Below are positions 36,698 to 46,903 of a stretch of 64,000 bases of DNA, piece by piece. The stretch comes from Candidatus Buchananbacteria bacterium. Lineage in GTDB: Bacteria; Patescibacteriota; Patescibacteriia; Buchananbacterales; UBA6539. The notes beneath the pieces were generated by a model that did not search any database, was not told the DNA's origin, and saw only the letters and a program-made list of their open reading frames with translations. Each line of letters begins with the position of its first letter. Positions within the stretch are counted from its first letter, which is position 1. Made by a program: the position numbers and the translations under genes. The stretch is from the NCBI GenBank assembly GCA_013359225.1, contig JABWCG010000004.1, forward strand, positions 1,550 through 65,549, given 5' to 3'.

Positions 36698-39619
36698 ATG
36701 CCAATCCCCGGCCTTTCAACTAAAACCACCTCCCCGCAAAACTGGAGGAAACCAAGCCGACGACTGCGGCAGCTTGGCGGCAGCGGCTTTAAAAAATTTC
36801 CCATTTACACCGGACGAAGCCGCGGACCAAAAAAACTGCCGGAAAATTTCACCAAACTATTGCTCACTTTTGGCGGCATTTTTCTTGCCGGGCTAGGAAT
36901 TTTTAGCATTATCTTATTGGCCTGGATTGCCAAAGATCTGCCAAACCCCAACCGAATTATTGATCGCTCCATTGCTTTGAGCACAAAAATTTACGACCGC
37001 ACCGGCGAAACCTTACTGTATGATGTGCACGGCGAAGAAAAAAGAACGTTTATTAAACTGGAAGAGATCCCGGCCAATTTAAAAAATGCCACCTTGACTG
37101 CCGAGGATCGAAAATTTTACGAACATAAAGGCATTAGTGTGACTGGTATTATACGGTCGTTTATAAAAAACATTACTACCGGTTCAAAAGTTGGCGGTTC
37201 AACACTAACTCAACAGTTGGTTAAAAATGCCATCTTAAGTCCGGAAAAAAAATACACTCGCAAAATTAAAGAGATTATTTTATCCTACCAAATTGAAAGG
37301 AAATTCTCTAAAGATGACATTCTGCAAATGTACTTTAATGAAATTCCGTACGGTTCTGTTGCGTACGGGGCAGAAGCCGCCTCGCAAACATATTTTGGCA
37401 AAAGCGTTAAAGACCTAACTTTAGCAGAGTCAGCGGTGCTCGCAGCTTTACCACAGGCGCCAACCTACTACTCACCATACGGCAGCCACACTGACGCTTT
37501 ATTCTCTCGGCAACACTGGATTTTAGACAGCATGGCAGAGCTTGGATATATTACTCAAGAAGACGCCAACAAAGCCAAGGAAGAAAAAATTGAATTTAAA
37601 AAACGTGACGAAAATATTACTGCCCCTCATTTTGTCATGTACGTTCGGGAGTATTTAACTGAAAAATACGGCGAGTTGGCGGTTGAACAAGAAGGGTTAA
37701 CCGTTATTACTACGCTTGATTTATATAAACAGAAAATTGCTGAAGAGGCCGTAAAAGAGGTCGCTCCCAAAAACGCCGAACAATACAACGCCCACAATGC
37801 AGCACTAGTCGCACTCGACGCCAAAACCGGCGAAGTCTTAGCTATGGTCGGTTCAAAAGACTTCTTTGCCGACCCCTATCCCGAAAATTGTACTCCGGGC
37901 AAAGATTGCTTATTTGATCCTCAGGTTAACGCTGTGTTGCGGCTGCGGCAGCCCGGATCATCATTTAAGCCAATTGTCTATACGGCCGCCTTTAAAAAGG
38001 GCTACACTCCGGAAACAGTTTTATATGATGTTAACACCAAATTCCTCAACTATGACGGCCGCGATTATGAACCAAAAAATTACGACCTTGGTGAACGAGG
38101 CCCCCTTACTATCAGAAAAGCACTCCAGGGCTCACTCAACATCCCGGCAGTTAAGGCAATTTATCTAACGGGGGTGGACAACGTTATTGATTTGGCCGAA
38201 GATCTTGGCTACACCAGCTTTAGTGATCGCAGCCGTTTTGGCCTGTCGCTTGTATTAGGCGGCGGCGAAGTAAAAATGCTTGAACACGTCAGCGCCTTTG
38301 CAACACTAGCTCGCGAAGGCGAATGGCACGCGCCGGCCCTTATTCTCGAGGTGCGCGATAAAGACGGAAATGTCTTGGAAAAATTTGAGAAAAAAGAAAA
38401 AAAAGTTCTAGAAACCCAAATCGCCCGCCAAATCAATAACGTTCTTTCTGACAATGCGTCACGAGCCTATATTTTTGGCGAAAGTAATTACCTCACTCTT
38501 GGTGCGCGGCCAGTGGCGGCCAAAACCGGCACAACTAACGATTACCGCGATGCCTGGACCATCGGCTATACTCCGTCGCTGGCGGCCGGCGTATGGGTTG
38601 GTAATAATAACAACGGTGAAATGAAGCGTGGCGCTGACGGTAGTATTGTGGCAGCACCAATCTGGAATAAATTTATGAGCCGCGTCCTCGGCGACACTCC
38701 AGCCGAAGGCTTTAAAGAACCAGATCCGATTGATACTGATAAGCCGGTACTTAACGGCTCCATTGCCGAAGGCATTAAGGTTAAAATCGACAAAACATCC
38801 GGCAAGCTAGCAACGGAATTTACTCCTGAAAGCCAAATTGAAGAAAAAACATTCCGACAAATTCATTCCATTCTTTACTATATCAACAAAGATGACCCGC
38901 GTGGCGATACTCCGCCTGATCTAAACAGCGAACAATACAAGCGCTGGGAAGAGGCGGTCCAGGCGTGGGCACAAAAAAACAATTTTGTTTCCGAAGATCC
39001 ACCAACTGAATTAGACGATGTCCACACTCCTCAGGATCAACCCAGCATTTCTATCACCAGCCCAAGCAGCAACCAATTAATTACTAGTCGGAATTTCAGC
39101 GCCTCCGTGAACGTCAGCGCACCCCGAGGCGTCAGACGAGTTGAATACTATCTTAATAATAAATTAATCAAAGAGGTTACAGTGTCTCCATTCAACCTTG
39201 AGGTTTTTATTGAAGATCCCTCCATTAAAACTGGCTTTTACACCCTTAAAGCCGTGGCATATGATGATATTGATAACAATAAGAGCGACGAGGTTGAGCT
39301 CAGTTTTAAACTCCCGGCAGCACCAGCAACCCTTACTTGGATTAACCCGACTGCCAGCGCGACGGTTAAAACGTCAGCCTTTCCTCTAACTATCAAAGCA
39401 ACGCTGAGTAGTTTGACCGCTATTGATAAAATTGACCTGTTTTATACCCATAACGGCCAAACAAACTACATCAATACCGCTAGGCAATTTCCCAGCAACC
39501 AGCTAAGCCTTCAATGGCTCCAGACACCCGAACCGGGTTCGTATCAAATTTTTGCCTCAATCACCAACCAAGACGGTTTTACCTACCAAAGCGGGTCGCT
39601 TGATATAGCTATTGAGTAA
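36698..39619 (+). CDS. Class A penicillin-binding protein (PBP1A family) with C-terminal Ig-like domains
   Basis: AEDRKFYEH, GGSTLTQQLVKN, RQPGSSFK, SLN, KTG motifs. Confidence 0.93.
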   Translation: MPIPGLSTKTTSPQNWRKPSRRLRQLGGSGFKKFPIYTGRSRGPKKLPENFTKLLLTFGGIFLAGLGIFSIILLAWIAKDLPNPNRIIDRSIALSTKIYDRTGETLLYDVHGEEKRTFIKLEEIPANLKNATLTAEDRKFYEHKGISVTGIIRSFIKNITTGSKVGGSTLTQQLVKNAILSPEKKYTRKIKEIILSYQIERKFSKDDILQMYFNEIPYGSVAYGAEAASQTYFGKSVKDLTLAESAVLAALPQAPTYYSPYGSHTDALFSRQHWILDSMAELGYITQEDANKAKEEKIEFKKRDENITAPHFVMYVREYLTEKYGELAVEQEGLTVITTLDLYKQKIAEEAVKEVAPKNAEQYNAHNAALVALDAKTGEVLAMVGSKDFFADPYPENCTPGKDCLFDPQVNAVLRLRQPGSSFKPIVYTAAFKKGYTPETVLYDVNTKFLNYDGRDYEPKNYDLGERGPLTIRKALQGSLNIPAVKAIYLTGVDNVIDLAEDLGYTSFSDRSRFGLSLVLGGGEVKMLEHVSAFATLAREGEWHAPALILEVRDKDGNVLEKFEKKEKKVLETQIARQINNVLSDNASRAYIFGESNYLTLGARPVAAKTGTTNDYRDAWTIGYTPSLAAGVWVGNNNNGEMKRGADGSIVAAPIWNKFMSRVLGDTPAEGFKEPDPIDTDKPVLNGSIAEGIKVKIDKTSGKLATEFTPESQIEEKTFRQIHSILYYINKDDPRGDTPPDLNSEQYKRWEEAVQAWAQKNNFVSEDPPTELDDVHTPQDQPSISITSPSSNQLITSRNFSASVNVSAPRGVRRVEYYLNNKLIKEVTVSPFNLEVFIEDPSIKTGFYTLKAVAYDDIDNNKSDEVELSFKLPAAPATLTWINPTASATVKTSAFPLTIKATLSSLTAIDKIDLFYTHNGQTNYINTARQFPSNQLSLQWLQTPEPGSYQIFASITNQDGFTYQSGSLDIAIE

Positions 39620-39635
39620 TAATTAACTTTTCCGA

Positions 39636-40652
39636 GTGAAAAAATTTTTTCTCATTTTGCTGCTGAGTAGTGTTATCGTTACAGTTTTTTTATTATGGTC
39701 AAACAACACCAAACTCACACCCCAAAGCGGTGAACAAACACTGCTGCATAACGGTATTACACGAACCTACGTTGTTCATCTGCCAAAAGACAATGAGAAA
39801 AAACAAAACCTGCCGCTAGTGATTGTTTTACATGGTGGTGGCGGAGACATTGAATCAATACAAACCATTACCTCCTTTAATCAGGCGGCAGACAACAACG
39901 TCTTTGTCGCGGCATATCCACAGGGCACAGGTGTTACCTACTTAGGCAAAACGTTTGGTACCTGGAATGCCGGCACCTGTTGTCCCCCCGCCACCACTAA
40001 TGATAGTGACGACGTTGGTTTTATTAAAGATCTAATCAGTGAGCTGCATAAAAAGTATGCAATTGATTTACGCCGCGTCTATGTTACCGGCCTATCCAAC
40101 GGCGCCCAGCTTAGTTACCGTCTTGCCTGTGAACTTTCCGACCACATTACCGCCATTGCACCCGTTAGCGGGATTGCTCCTTTTGATGGATTAAAAAAGT
40201 GCCAGCCCCAAAAGCCGGTGCCTATTTTTCATATCCACGGCACTAATGACCCCTGCGTCTTTGTTGCCGGTGGCAACTGTGGCGGCTGTTTTGCCAGCCT
40301 TACCAGCGCACTCGGTTTAGAGTCTCAACCACACATTTGGCTCTGTTCCGACCTTGATAGTTACCTAAAAGCCTGGGCCACAATTTATGACTTAGATATT
40401 AATCAAACCAAAACATACCACACTGATTCTCTAGATTGTCTAACATACACCGACGCAACCAATAACCACCCCATAACAAAATGCTTGGTGTCTAATAACG
40501 GTCACACCTGGGCCGGTGGCAATTATGGCCCGGCCTGCAAACAGCCTGATTCAAAAATTTGTACTGTAACTAAAGAGGTGCTCGGACCACTAAACTCAAC
40601 CGTCAACACTACTCAATTGATTTGGGATTTTTTTTCACAATACCAAAAATAA
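39636..40652 (+). CDS. Secreted PHB-depolymerase/LpqC-like esterase (alpha/beta hydrolase)
   Basis: LHGGGG, YPQG, WNAG.CC, DDVGF, GLSNGA, HGTND, GHTW. Confidence 0.85.
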   Translation: MKKFFLILLLSSVIVTVFLLWSNNTKLTPQSGEQTLLHNGITRTYVVHLPKDNEKKQNLPLVIVLHGGGGDIESIQTITSFNQAADNNVFVAAYPQGTGVTYLGKTFGTWNAGTCCPPATTNDSDDVGFIKDLISELHKKYAIDLRRVYVTGLSNGAQLSYRLACELSDHITAIAPVSGIAPFDGLKKCQPQKPVPIFHIHGTNDPCVFVAGGNCGGCFASLTSALGLESQPHIWLCSDLDSYLKAWATIYDLDINQTKTYHTDSLDCLTYTDATNNHPITKCLVSNNGHTWAGGNYGPACKQPDSKICTVTKEVLGPLNSTVNTTQLIWDFFSQYQK

Positions 40653-40656
40653 AGTA

Positions 40657-40697
40657 ATAAAAAAGACGGTTACATTTTGCAACCGTCTTTTTTATTA
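40657..40697. terminator. Bidirectional terminator
   Basis: AATAAAAAAGACGGTT...AACCGTCTTTTTTATT. Confidence 0.8.
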
Positions 40698-41837
40698 CTA
40701 CTGCTTAATCGGCATAATAATATACAAGTAGTCTTTATTTTTTCCGCCCGGCCGCAACACACAAGGGCTGCTCCCATCTATTATCTCAACAGCAACTTGT
40801 TCATCACCAATGTTTTGCAGGCCGTCTAAAAGATACCGATAATTTACGACAATTTTATTATTACTGCCGCTAATTTCCCCGGATAATCGTGAAAAATTTT
40901 CTCCCAGCTGATTATTAGCCGACGAAACCACAATTTCTTTTTTGTTAGGTAAAAACTCCAAGCTCACATCATAAATTCCGCTTCTGGTAAAAAGACTAGT
41001 TGTTTTGGTTGCTTTAATAAATTCCGAACTAACAAGGTTTGTTGTGGTATTAAATTGGTTTGGTATTATTTGCTGATAGTCGGGGTATTGTCCTTCAACT
41101 AGACGAGAGATCAACTCAATATTACCAAGAACAAATAAAATTTGATTTTCCGCCAAATAAATTTCTACATCCTCAAGATCAGAAATAGCGGCCGGATCCT
41201 TAAAACTTCCTAAAATTCTTTGTAACTCCTGTAAGGTTCGGGTGGGAATAATTATTTTTTGCGGAACACTGCTTGATTTTTTATTTAATATCACCGTTTT
41301 TTCCGCCAAACGATAACTATCAGTAGCGGCTAAAATCAGCTTATCACCCACAAAGTTAAAAAGTACCCCATTAATTTCAGGTCTGGTTTCACTAATAGAA
41401 ACCGCAAAAGTCACCTGACTAAGGGCTTGCCGTAAACTTTGACTATTTAAAATATAAGGGTTTTTTCGGTCGATTTGAGGAATTAAAGGAAAATCAGCAG
41501 CACTCTGGCCTTTAATTTTTGTTGAGTTATTTTTACACGCAACCTGTAAAACAGTTTCATTCTCAACTGTTTCTAAATCAACTCGATCACGTGGTAAAAG
41601 GCCAACATAATCAGCCAATAACCTTGATTGAACCGTAAAATCTCCTTCAGCTTCAACCTTGCCGCGAATAACACAACTAACTCCAATTTCTAAATTAGTT
41701 GAAGATAATGTAATTGAGCTTTCTGCCGCCTTAATTAAAATATTATTTAAAATTGGTAGCGCGGTATTTTTAGAAGCAATGTGACTAACAACGAACAAAC
41801 CCTGATTTAAATTTTCTTGAGTGCAGGAAATCTTCAT
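40698..41837 (-). CDS. dnaN: DNA polymerase III beta sliding clamp
   Basis: LPILNNILI, TNLE, RPEINGV, ATDSYRL, SRLVEGQYPDY, IMPI; downstream of dnaA. Confidence 0.96.
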   Translation of the reverse strand: MKISCTQENLNQGLFVVSHIASKNTALPILNNILIKAAESSITLSSTNLEIGVSCVIRGKVEAEGDFTVQSRLLADYVGLLPRDRVDLETVENETVLQVACKNNSTKIKGQSAADFPLIPQIDRKNPYILNSQSLRQALSQVTFAVSISETRPEINGVLFNFVGDKLILAATDSYRLAEKTVILNKKSSSVPQKIIIPTRTLQELQRILGSFKDPAAISDLEDVEIYLAENQILFVLGNIELISRLVEGQYPDYQQIIPNQFNTTTNLVSSEFIKATKTTSLFTRSGIYDVSLEFLPNKKEIVVSSANNQLGENFSRLSGEISGSNNKIVVNYRYLLDGLQNIGDEQVAVEIIDGSSPCVLRPGGKNKDYLYIIMPIKQ

Positions 41838-42121
41838 ACGTGTTATTTTATTTCTTAATTTATATATTAATAGTAATAATAAGGGATGAGGATAAGTAGA
41901 ATAAGTCGTATAAATGTTTTTATTAAGCGACTTTTTAACATCGGTGCTGGGTAAAAGATATACAGTAAACTGTTGAAAACTTCTTGATAATTATTCCTCA
42001 ACTATTTTGGGGTAAAAGATATACAGGTTTGATCACAAGTTTTTCCCAATACTTATCCAAAATAGTTTCCCCACCACCTCTAGTAATTGTAAACAACTTA
42101 TCCGGTGTACGTCTGTAAAAA
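41838..42121. promoter_or_regulatory. Putative oriC unwinding region (dnaA-dnaN intergenic)
   Basis: Minus strand TTATCCTCA box (41887-41895) followed by CCC, TAT-TAT-TAC-TAT trinucleotides and an AT tract; further degenerate boxes; 17-bp direct repeat. Confidence 0.7.
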
Positions 42122-43483
42122 TTAATTGTACAATTTTTCTTTGATTAATCTGATGTCCTGATTTATTTTTTCATCCTCATCTATTAATTGAGCAATCTTT
42201 AAGTGAGCGTGCATGGCAGTAGTATGATCGCGATTACCGATCTCCTGGCCGATTGATGGAAAAGAATTTTTAAGTTCCTCGCGCATTAAATACATCACAA
42301 TTTGTCTAGGAACAGCAAGGTTTTTTTTCCGCGAAGCACCTAAAATTTCATCTAGCTTAATGTCGTAAAACTCGCAAACAATATTAATAATTTGTTTAGG
42401 GGTTACCGAACGTTTTCTTTGAGTTGAAGAAATCGTTGAAAGAATTTTTTTAACATTATCAATCTCTGGTTCAACGCCGTGCAGCTGGTGGTGAGCAATA
42501 ATTTTATTTAAAGCCCCCTCAAGCTCACGAATATTGTCTTGAATGTTGGTTACAATGTAGTTAATGACTTCATCTTTAAGCTGGTAGTTTTTTTCTTTGC
42601 ATTTATATCGTAGAATTGCTGAACGTGTTTCCATGTCGGGAGTTGAGATGTCGGCAATCATCCCCCATTCAAACCGCGATACAAGCCTGCTTTCTAGAGC
42701 TGGGATGGCTTTAGGTGGACGATCGGAAGTTAACACCACTTGTTTATTCGCTTGATGGAGATCGTTGAAAGTGTGAAAGAAAGCCTCTTGGGTTCCTTCC
42801 TTGCCGGCCAGAAATTGGATGTCGTCAATTAGCAACACATCAACACCGCGGTAGGTTTCTTTAAATTTTTCTGCCCGATTACTAGAAATTGATTTAATAA
42901 AATCGTTGGTAAATTTTTCGCACGAAACGTATAAGATCCGTTTGTTGGGAGCGGTTTGTTTAATTTGGTTGCCAATCGCCTGCATTAGGTGAGTTTTACC
43001 AAGACCGACGCCGCCGTAGATAAACAGCGGGTTGTACACTTCCCCGGGTTTTTGAGCCACCGCGGCGCTCGCCGCTTGGGCTAGTTCATTTGCTTTACCA
43101 ACGACGAAACTGTTGAAGTTATATTTTGGATTTAACCCAAACTCATTCAGGCCAGGCGTTTCTACAACCTCTTGCATCACCACCACTGTTTCTGGCTCAG
43201 CTTGGGCTTCGTTAACTTCGCTGCCGGCCTTTACTTTAGCCTCTACGCGGTAAATAAGAGTTTTAACCCGATTACCAGTGATTTTTTGCAGCGCCTTTAG
43301 GATGGCGGAATGGTATTTTTTTTCCAGCCAGGCTTTAGTAAAGGTATTGGGTACCCCAACCGTGATTGCATCTTCGTTGTATTGAGAGATAAAGGTATTT
43401 TTAAACCAGGTGGTAAAATTAGCCCGGCTAAGGGTTAATTCGAGTTCTCCAAGGGCAGCTTGCCAGATTTTTTCCTCTTCCAT
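42122..43483 (-). CDS. dnaA: Chromosomal replication initiator DnaA
   Basis: YNPLFIYGGVGLGKTHL, DDIQFL, FFHTFN, RELEGAL, RDHTT. Confidence 0.98.
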   Translation of the reverse strand: MEEEKIWQAALGELELTLSRANFTTWFKNTFISQYNEDAITVGVPNTFTKAWLEKKYHSAILKALQKITGNRVKTLIYRVEAKVKAGSEVNEAQAEPETVVVMQEVVETPGLNEFGLNPKYNFNSFVVGKANELAQAASAAVAQKPGEVYNPLFIYGGVGLGKTHLMQAIGNQIKQTAPNKRILYVSCEKFTNDFIKSISSNRAEKFKETYRGVDVLLIDDIQFLAGKEGTQEAFFHTFNDLHQANKQVVLTSDRPPKAIPALESRLVSRFEWGMIADISTPDMETRSAILRYKCKEKNYQLKDEVINYIVTNIQDNIRELEGALNKIIAHHQLHGVEPEIDNVKKILSTISSTQRKRSVTPKQIINIVCEFYDIKLDEILGASRKKNLAVPRQIVMYLMREELKNSFPSIGQEIGNRDHTTAMHAHLKIAQLIDEDEKINQDIRLIKEKLYN

Positions 43484-43553
43484 GTTGGCAATATATTATA
43501 ATTTTTAATTAAATTGGGTAAATTGTGGCGATTTTCATTATAGCATAATCGAG

Positions 43554-43616
43554 TTATCCACAAAACCGTTCTAGCCAGCCCTAAATGTTTTTAAGCTGTT
43601 AATTACATGTGTATAA
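43554..43616. promoter_or_regulatory. DnaA boxes upstream of dnaA
   Basis: TTATCCACA at 43554-43562 and TGTGTATAA at 43608-43616. Confidence 0.8.
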
Positions 43617-43649
43617 CACCTTAATTCCCCTTGCTGCTGGGTAGGCCCT

Positions 43650-43678
43650 TTGACTAAGTCGTAAAGTTCTGATATTAT
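43650..43678 (+). promoter_or_regulatory. Sigma70 promoter for the rpmH operon
   Basis: TTGACT-N17-TATTAT with TGn. Confidence 0.6.
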
Positions 43679-43701
43679 AGTTGAGTAATTATAAGTAGAA
43701 T

Positions 43702-43839
43702 ATGCCAAAAAGAACCTATCAACCAAAAAATCGAAAGGCTAAGAAGAAGCACGGTTTTCGATCCAGGATGAGCAGTCCGGGTGGTAAGAATGTGCTAAAA
43801 AGCCGACGAGACAAAAAGAGAAAAAGAATTTCTCTTTAG
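43702..43839 (+). CDS. rpmH: 50S ribosomal protein L34 (not in the ORF track)
   Basis: [45 protein letters not shown], divergent from dnaA. Confidence 0.96.
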   Translation: MPKRTYQPKNRKAKKKHGFRSRMSSPGGKNVLKSRRDKKRKRISL

Positions 43840-43843
43840 GTTT

Positions 43844-44182
43844 ATGTTGCCGACAAGCTATCGATTAACCCAAGAAAAAGACTTTCGAAGAATTACTGTT
43901 TCAGGCAAGTCTTTTTTTTCACACTTTTTTAGGCTTCGTTTAGCTAAAAATAACCTTAAAATTAGTCGATTTGCCGTGGTAATTTCCAGCCGTGTCAGTA
44001 AAAAAGCCGTGATGCGAAATCGCCTCAAACGTCAACTGCGCGAGATAATTAGGCTTAATTTAGCCAAAATTAAAGGAGGTTTTGATGTGGTGGTATCTAG
44101 CAACAGTAAAGCTTTGGACGCAAATTACCAAGAATTAGAGCAACAATTATTACAATTGCTACGTAAATCCCATTTACTATGA
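43844..44182 (+). CDS. rnpA: Ribonuclease P protein component
   Basis: [26 protein letters not shown] (RNR motif); synteny. Confidence 0.93.
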   Translation: MLPTSYRLTQEKDFRRITVSGKSFFSHFFRLRLAKNNLKISRFAVVISSRVSKKAVMRNRLKRQLREIIRLNLAKIKGGFDVVVSSNSKALDANYQELEQQLLQLLRKSHLL

Positions 44183-44433
44183 ACGTTGTTAGCATGGCGG
44201 CTCGAGTGACCGCGCTTAAGCTTATTAGAATTTACCAGAAAAGCCTGTCGTTTGATCATGGTATATTCAGCCGGCTGTTTCCTTATGGGTATTGTCGGTT
44301 TCACCCCACCTGTTCTGAATACGGCTACCAAGCGATTGAAAAGTGGGGTATTGTTAAAGGGGGTTATATGACCATCGGCAGAGTTTTTCGTTGCAATCCC
44401 TGGAGCAAGGGTGGGTATGACCCGGTTAAATAA
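44179..44433 (+). CDS. yidD: Membrane protein insertion efficiency factor YidD
   Basis: [23 protein letters not shown]. Confidence 0.95.
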   Translation: MNVVSMAARVTALKLIRIYQKSLSFDHGIFSRLFPYGYCRFHPTCSEYGYQAIEKWGIVKGGYMTIGRVFRCNPWSKGGYDPVK

Positions 44434-44447
44434 ATAATTTAATATTC

Positions 44448-45197
44448 ATGATTGAACTATTTAATACCATATTATTTCAGCCGCTGTTTAATTTGTTGGT
44501 ATTTTTTTATAACTTAGTGCCCGGTAATGACTTGGGCGTAGCGATTATTTTACTGACGGTTTTAATTAAGGTAGTGCTGTATCCCCTTTCGTTGCAGTCA
44601 ATCCGATCACAAAAGGCGTTGCAAGAGCTGCAGCCGAAGATGGATGCGATTAAAAAGCAGTATAAAGACAATAAAGAGGCCCAGGCTAAGGCGTTGATGG
44701 ATCTATATAAACAGGAAAAGATTAACCCGTTATCATCCTGTTTGCCGTTGCTGGTCCAGCTGCCATTTTTAATCGCCGTGTTTCATGTTTTCAGTCGTGG
44801 GTTGAGCTCCGAAAGTTTAGATTTGTTGTATCCATTTATTCAAAATCCAGGCCACTTAAATCCAATCTCGCTTGGATTCTTTGATTTATCAAAACCAAAC
44901 ATTATTTTGGCGGTATTAACCGGTTTAGCACAATTTTTCCAGAGCAAAATGCTGGTGAGCACTAAACAGCCAAAAGTGCCCGGCGCGAAGGACGAAGACA
45001 TGATGGCGGCGATGAATAAGCAGATGCTATATTTTATGCCGTTAATGACAGTGGTAATTGGTGCTTCTTTGCCAGCCGGTCTTTTGGTGTACTGGTTTGT
45101 AACAACGGTATTAACTGTATTGCAACAGCAACTAATTTTTGGCCGTAAGAAAATAAAGCCGGCCGAAACTACAAACAACGATGAAAATCTCAAGTAA
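44448..45197 (+). CDS. yidC: Membrane protein insertase YidC/Oxa1 (short form)
   Basis: LQPKMDAIKKQY, INPLSSCLPLLVQLP, PAGLLVYW. Confidence 0.95.
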   Translation: MIELFNTILFQPLFNLLVFFYNLVPGNDLGVAIILLTVLIKVVLYPLSLQSIRSQKALQELQPKMDAIKKQYKDNKEAQAKALMDLYKQEKINPLSSCLPLLVQLPFLIAVFHVFSRGLSSESLDLLYPFIQNPGHLNPISLGFFDLSKPNIILAVLTGLAQFFQSKMLVSTKQPKVPGAKDEDMMAAMNKQMLYFMPLMTVVIGASLPAGLLVYWFVTTVLTVLQQQLIFGRKKIKPAETTNNDENLK

Positions 45198-45462
45198 TGA
45201 TTTAATCAATCTACCGGTGTACACTGAGGCCGGACAACATTTGGGCCGCATTATTTCTTTTGATATTAACATTGATAACTATCTGATTGAGAAATTTTAT
45301 GTGAAAACCGGACTGATTCAGGGGCTGTGGCATGAGCAGTTGATTATTAATCCATCTCAAGTAGTCTCAATTACGAAAGAAAAAATGGTGGTAGATAATT
45401 CGGTGGAGGCTGGCGAAACAGAAGGATTAAAGAAGGTAAGCCTGTCTCCGGCCACTAAGTAG
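45181..45462 (+). CDS. PRC-barrel domain protein
   Basis: LINLPVYTEAGQHLGRIISFDIN...I...QVVSI....VV pattern. Confidence 0.75.
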   Translation: MKISSNDLINLPVYTEAGQHLGRIISFDINIDNYLIEKFYVKTGLIQGLWHEQLIINPSQVVSITKEKMVVDNSVEAGETEGLKKVSLSPATK

Positions 45463-45478
45463 TTGGTTAGATAATCCA

Positions 45479-45506
45479 AAAACAAGGGTGTTTTCACCCT
45501 TGTTTT
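45479..45506 (+). terminator. Intrinsic terminator
   Basis: AAAACAAGGGTG-TTTT-CACCCTTGTTTT. Confidence 0.8.
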
Positions 45507-45603
45507 AATTAGGGATGCAGGAGTAAAATTACAATAGCCAGTATTTAGAGTTAGCATATATTTTTGGCCAAGGAACATTGACAACCAAGAGGAGGGCAAG
45601 ACG

Positions 45604-46113
45604 GTGAGCCAGAACAAAGACCGTAGCCGCTTGAAACCAATGCAGCTAACCGATCATCATATGATTCCTCGGTCCCGACTTGGACCGGAACGAAGGAACA
45701 CGCTTGGTCGGCGTAACATTAAGCGGGTGCAATGGCAATACCATGATGCCTGGCACTGCTTATTCTTGAACATGACGCCCTATGAAGCGGTAATCTGTAT
45801 CATTGAGCGCCTAGCTCCCCCAGACTATTTTTCGAACGTCAGGTTGAAAGCCGTTTGGGGCGGTGCCGAGTATGAGTACAGTCTTCGGGCAGAGCGTGAG
45901 CCGATTTTGATGATCGATCACTACCGCACCAAGAAGGATTGTGATCGATTTTTGAAGACGTTGTTTGCCGGTAAGGATTGGCCGGCGATAATTTCGGAAG
46001 TGGTGACCAGCTGGTCGCCAGAAGGATATTGGCAAACCGCCGTAGTGCGGACGCACCAACGCGGACGCAGGAGCTCTTTTATGTATCAAAACCAAGAGGC
46101 CGTTTCTGCCTAG
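45604..46113 (+). CDS. Hypothetical protein with HNH-like motif (GC-rich solo gene)
   Basis: SD AGAGGAGG and GTG start; TDHHMIPRSRLG...NI.......HDAWH. Confidence 0.65.
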   Translation: MSQNKDRSRLKPMQLTDHHMIPRSRLGPERRNTLGRRNIKRVQWQYHDAWHCLFLNMTPYEAVICIIERLAPPDYFSNVRLKAVWGGAEYEYSLRAEREPILMIDHYRTKKDCDRFLKTLFAGKDWPAIISEVVTSWSPEGYWQTAVVRTHQRGRRSSFMYQNQEAVSA

Positions 46114-46134
46114 AGAGGAACGGGCCTTATTTTT

Positions 46135-46899
46135 TTAGAACAAGCGATTTTTGCCGACGATGATCTGGAGTTTTTTGGGGACGATTTCAATTTGGACGGG
46201 AGTTTTTAAAACCTTTTGGCCGTCGGTGAAAATGGGCACCGACTGGGAGCTACGGATGAATATTTTTTTAAACGGGATAATGCTACTGTTTAATGAGGTG
46301 GTTTTTTTGAAAAAATTAAAAAATCCCGAAGCAATTGGCTGTACTAAAATTTCTAGCAAGCCATCTTTTGGGTTGAAATAGTTGGTTTGTCCGAGATTGG
46401 AAGCTAATAACGGTTTAAAATTGCAGATACTAACTTGATCCTGGGCTTGGGTAGTCAAGCGGTATTGATCTTCGCATTCAATCGTGACTCCCTCGCTAGA
46501 TAATGTGATGCTGGACAGAAAAAAAGTATCGTTAGCCTTACCTAGGTCGATACGTTCAACAATTCGGCCAGCTAAAATATTGCACGCTTCTTCCGGGGAC
46601 GGGATGCCAAGCATTTGAGCAATTTTGTTGTCCGGTCCGACGGGAATAATTCCCATGGTGATATTGAATCTCGCCGCCACATTAATAACCTGGCTGACGG
46701 TTTTGTCATTACCAACCGCCACAACGGTTTTAATGCCGTTTTTTACCTCATCGCGGAGCAGCTCCTCAATGTTACGCAGCGGGGACAGACGAAAAATTTT
46801 TCCCCCGACACCTAAATCGGTTAACCGGGTTTCGATTTTTGCCACCAGTGAGCCGTACCGCTTCTCATTCAAAAAAGAATCGTATAAATACAAATACAT
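46135..46899 (-). CDS. Diacylglycerol kinase catalytic-domain family protein
   Basis: VVAVGNDKT, GIIPVG..N..A..LGI, IDLGKAN, DGLLEI, DG motifs. Confidence 0.8.
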   Translation of the reverse strand: MYLYLYDSFLNEKRYGSLVAKIETRLTDLGVGGKIFRLSPLRNIEELLRDEVKNGIKTVVAVGNDKTVSQVINVAARFNITMGIIPVGPDNKIAQMLGIPSPEEACNILAGRIVERIDLGKANDTFFLSSITLSSEGVTIECEDQYRLTTQAQDQVSICNFKPLLASNLGQTNYFNPKDGLLEILVQPIASGFFNFFKKTTSLNSSIIPFKKIFIRSSQSVPIFTDGQKVLKTPVQIEIVPKKLQIIVGKNRLF

Positions 46900-46903
46900 A
46901 AAA

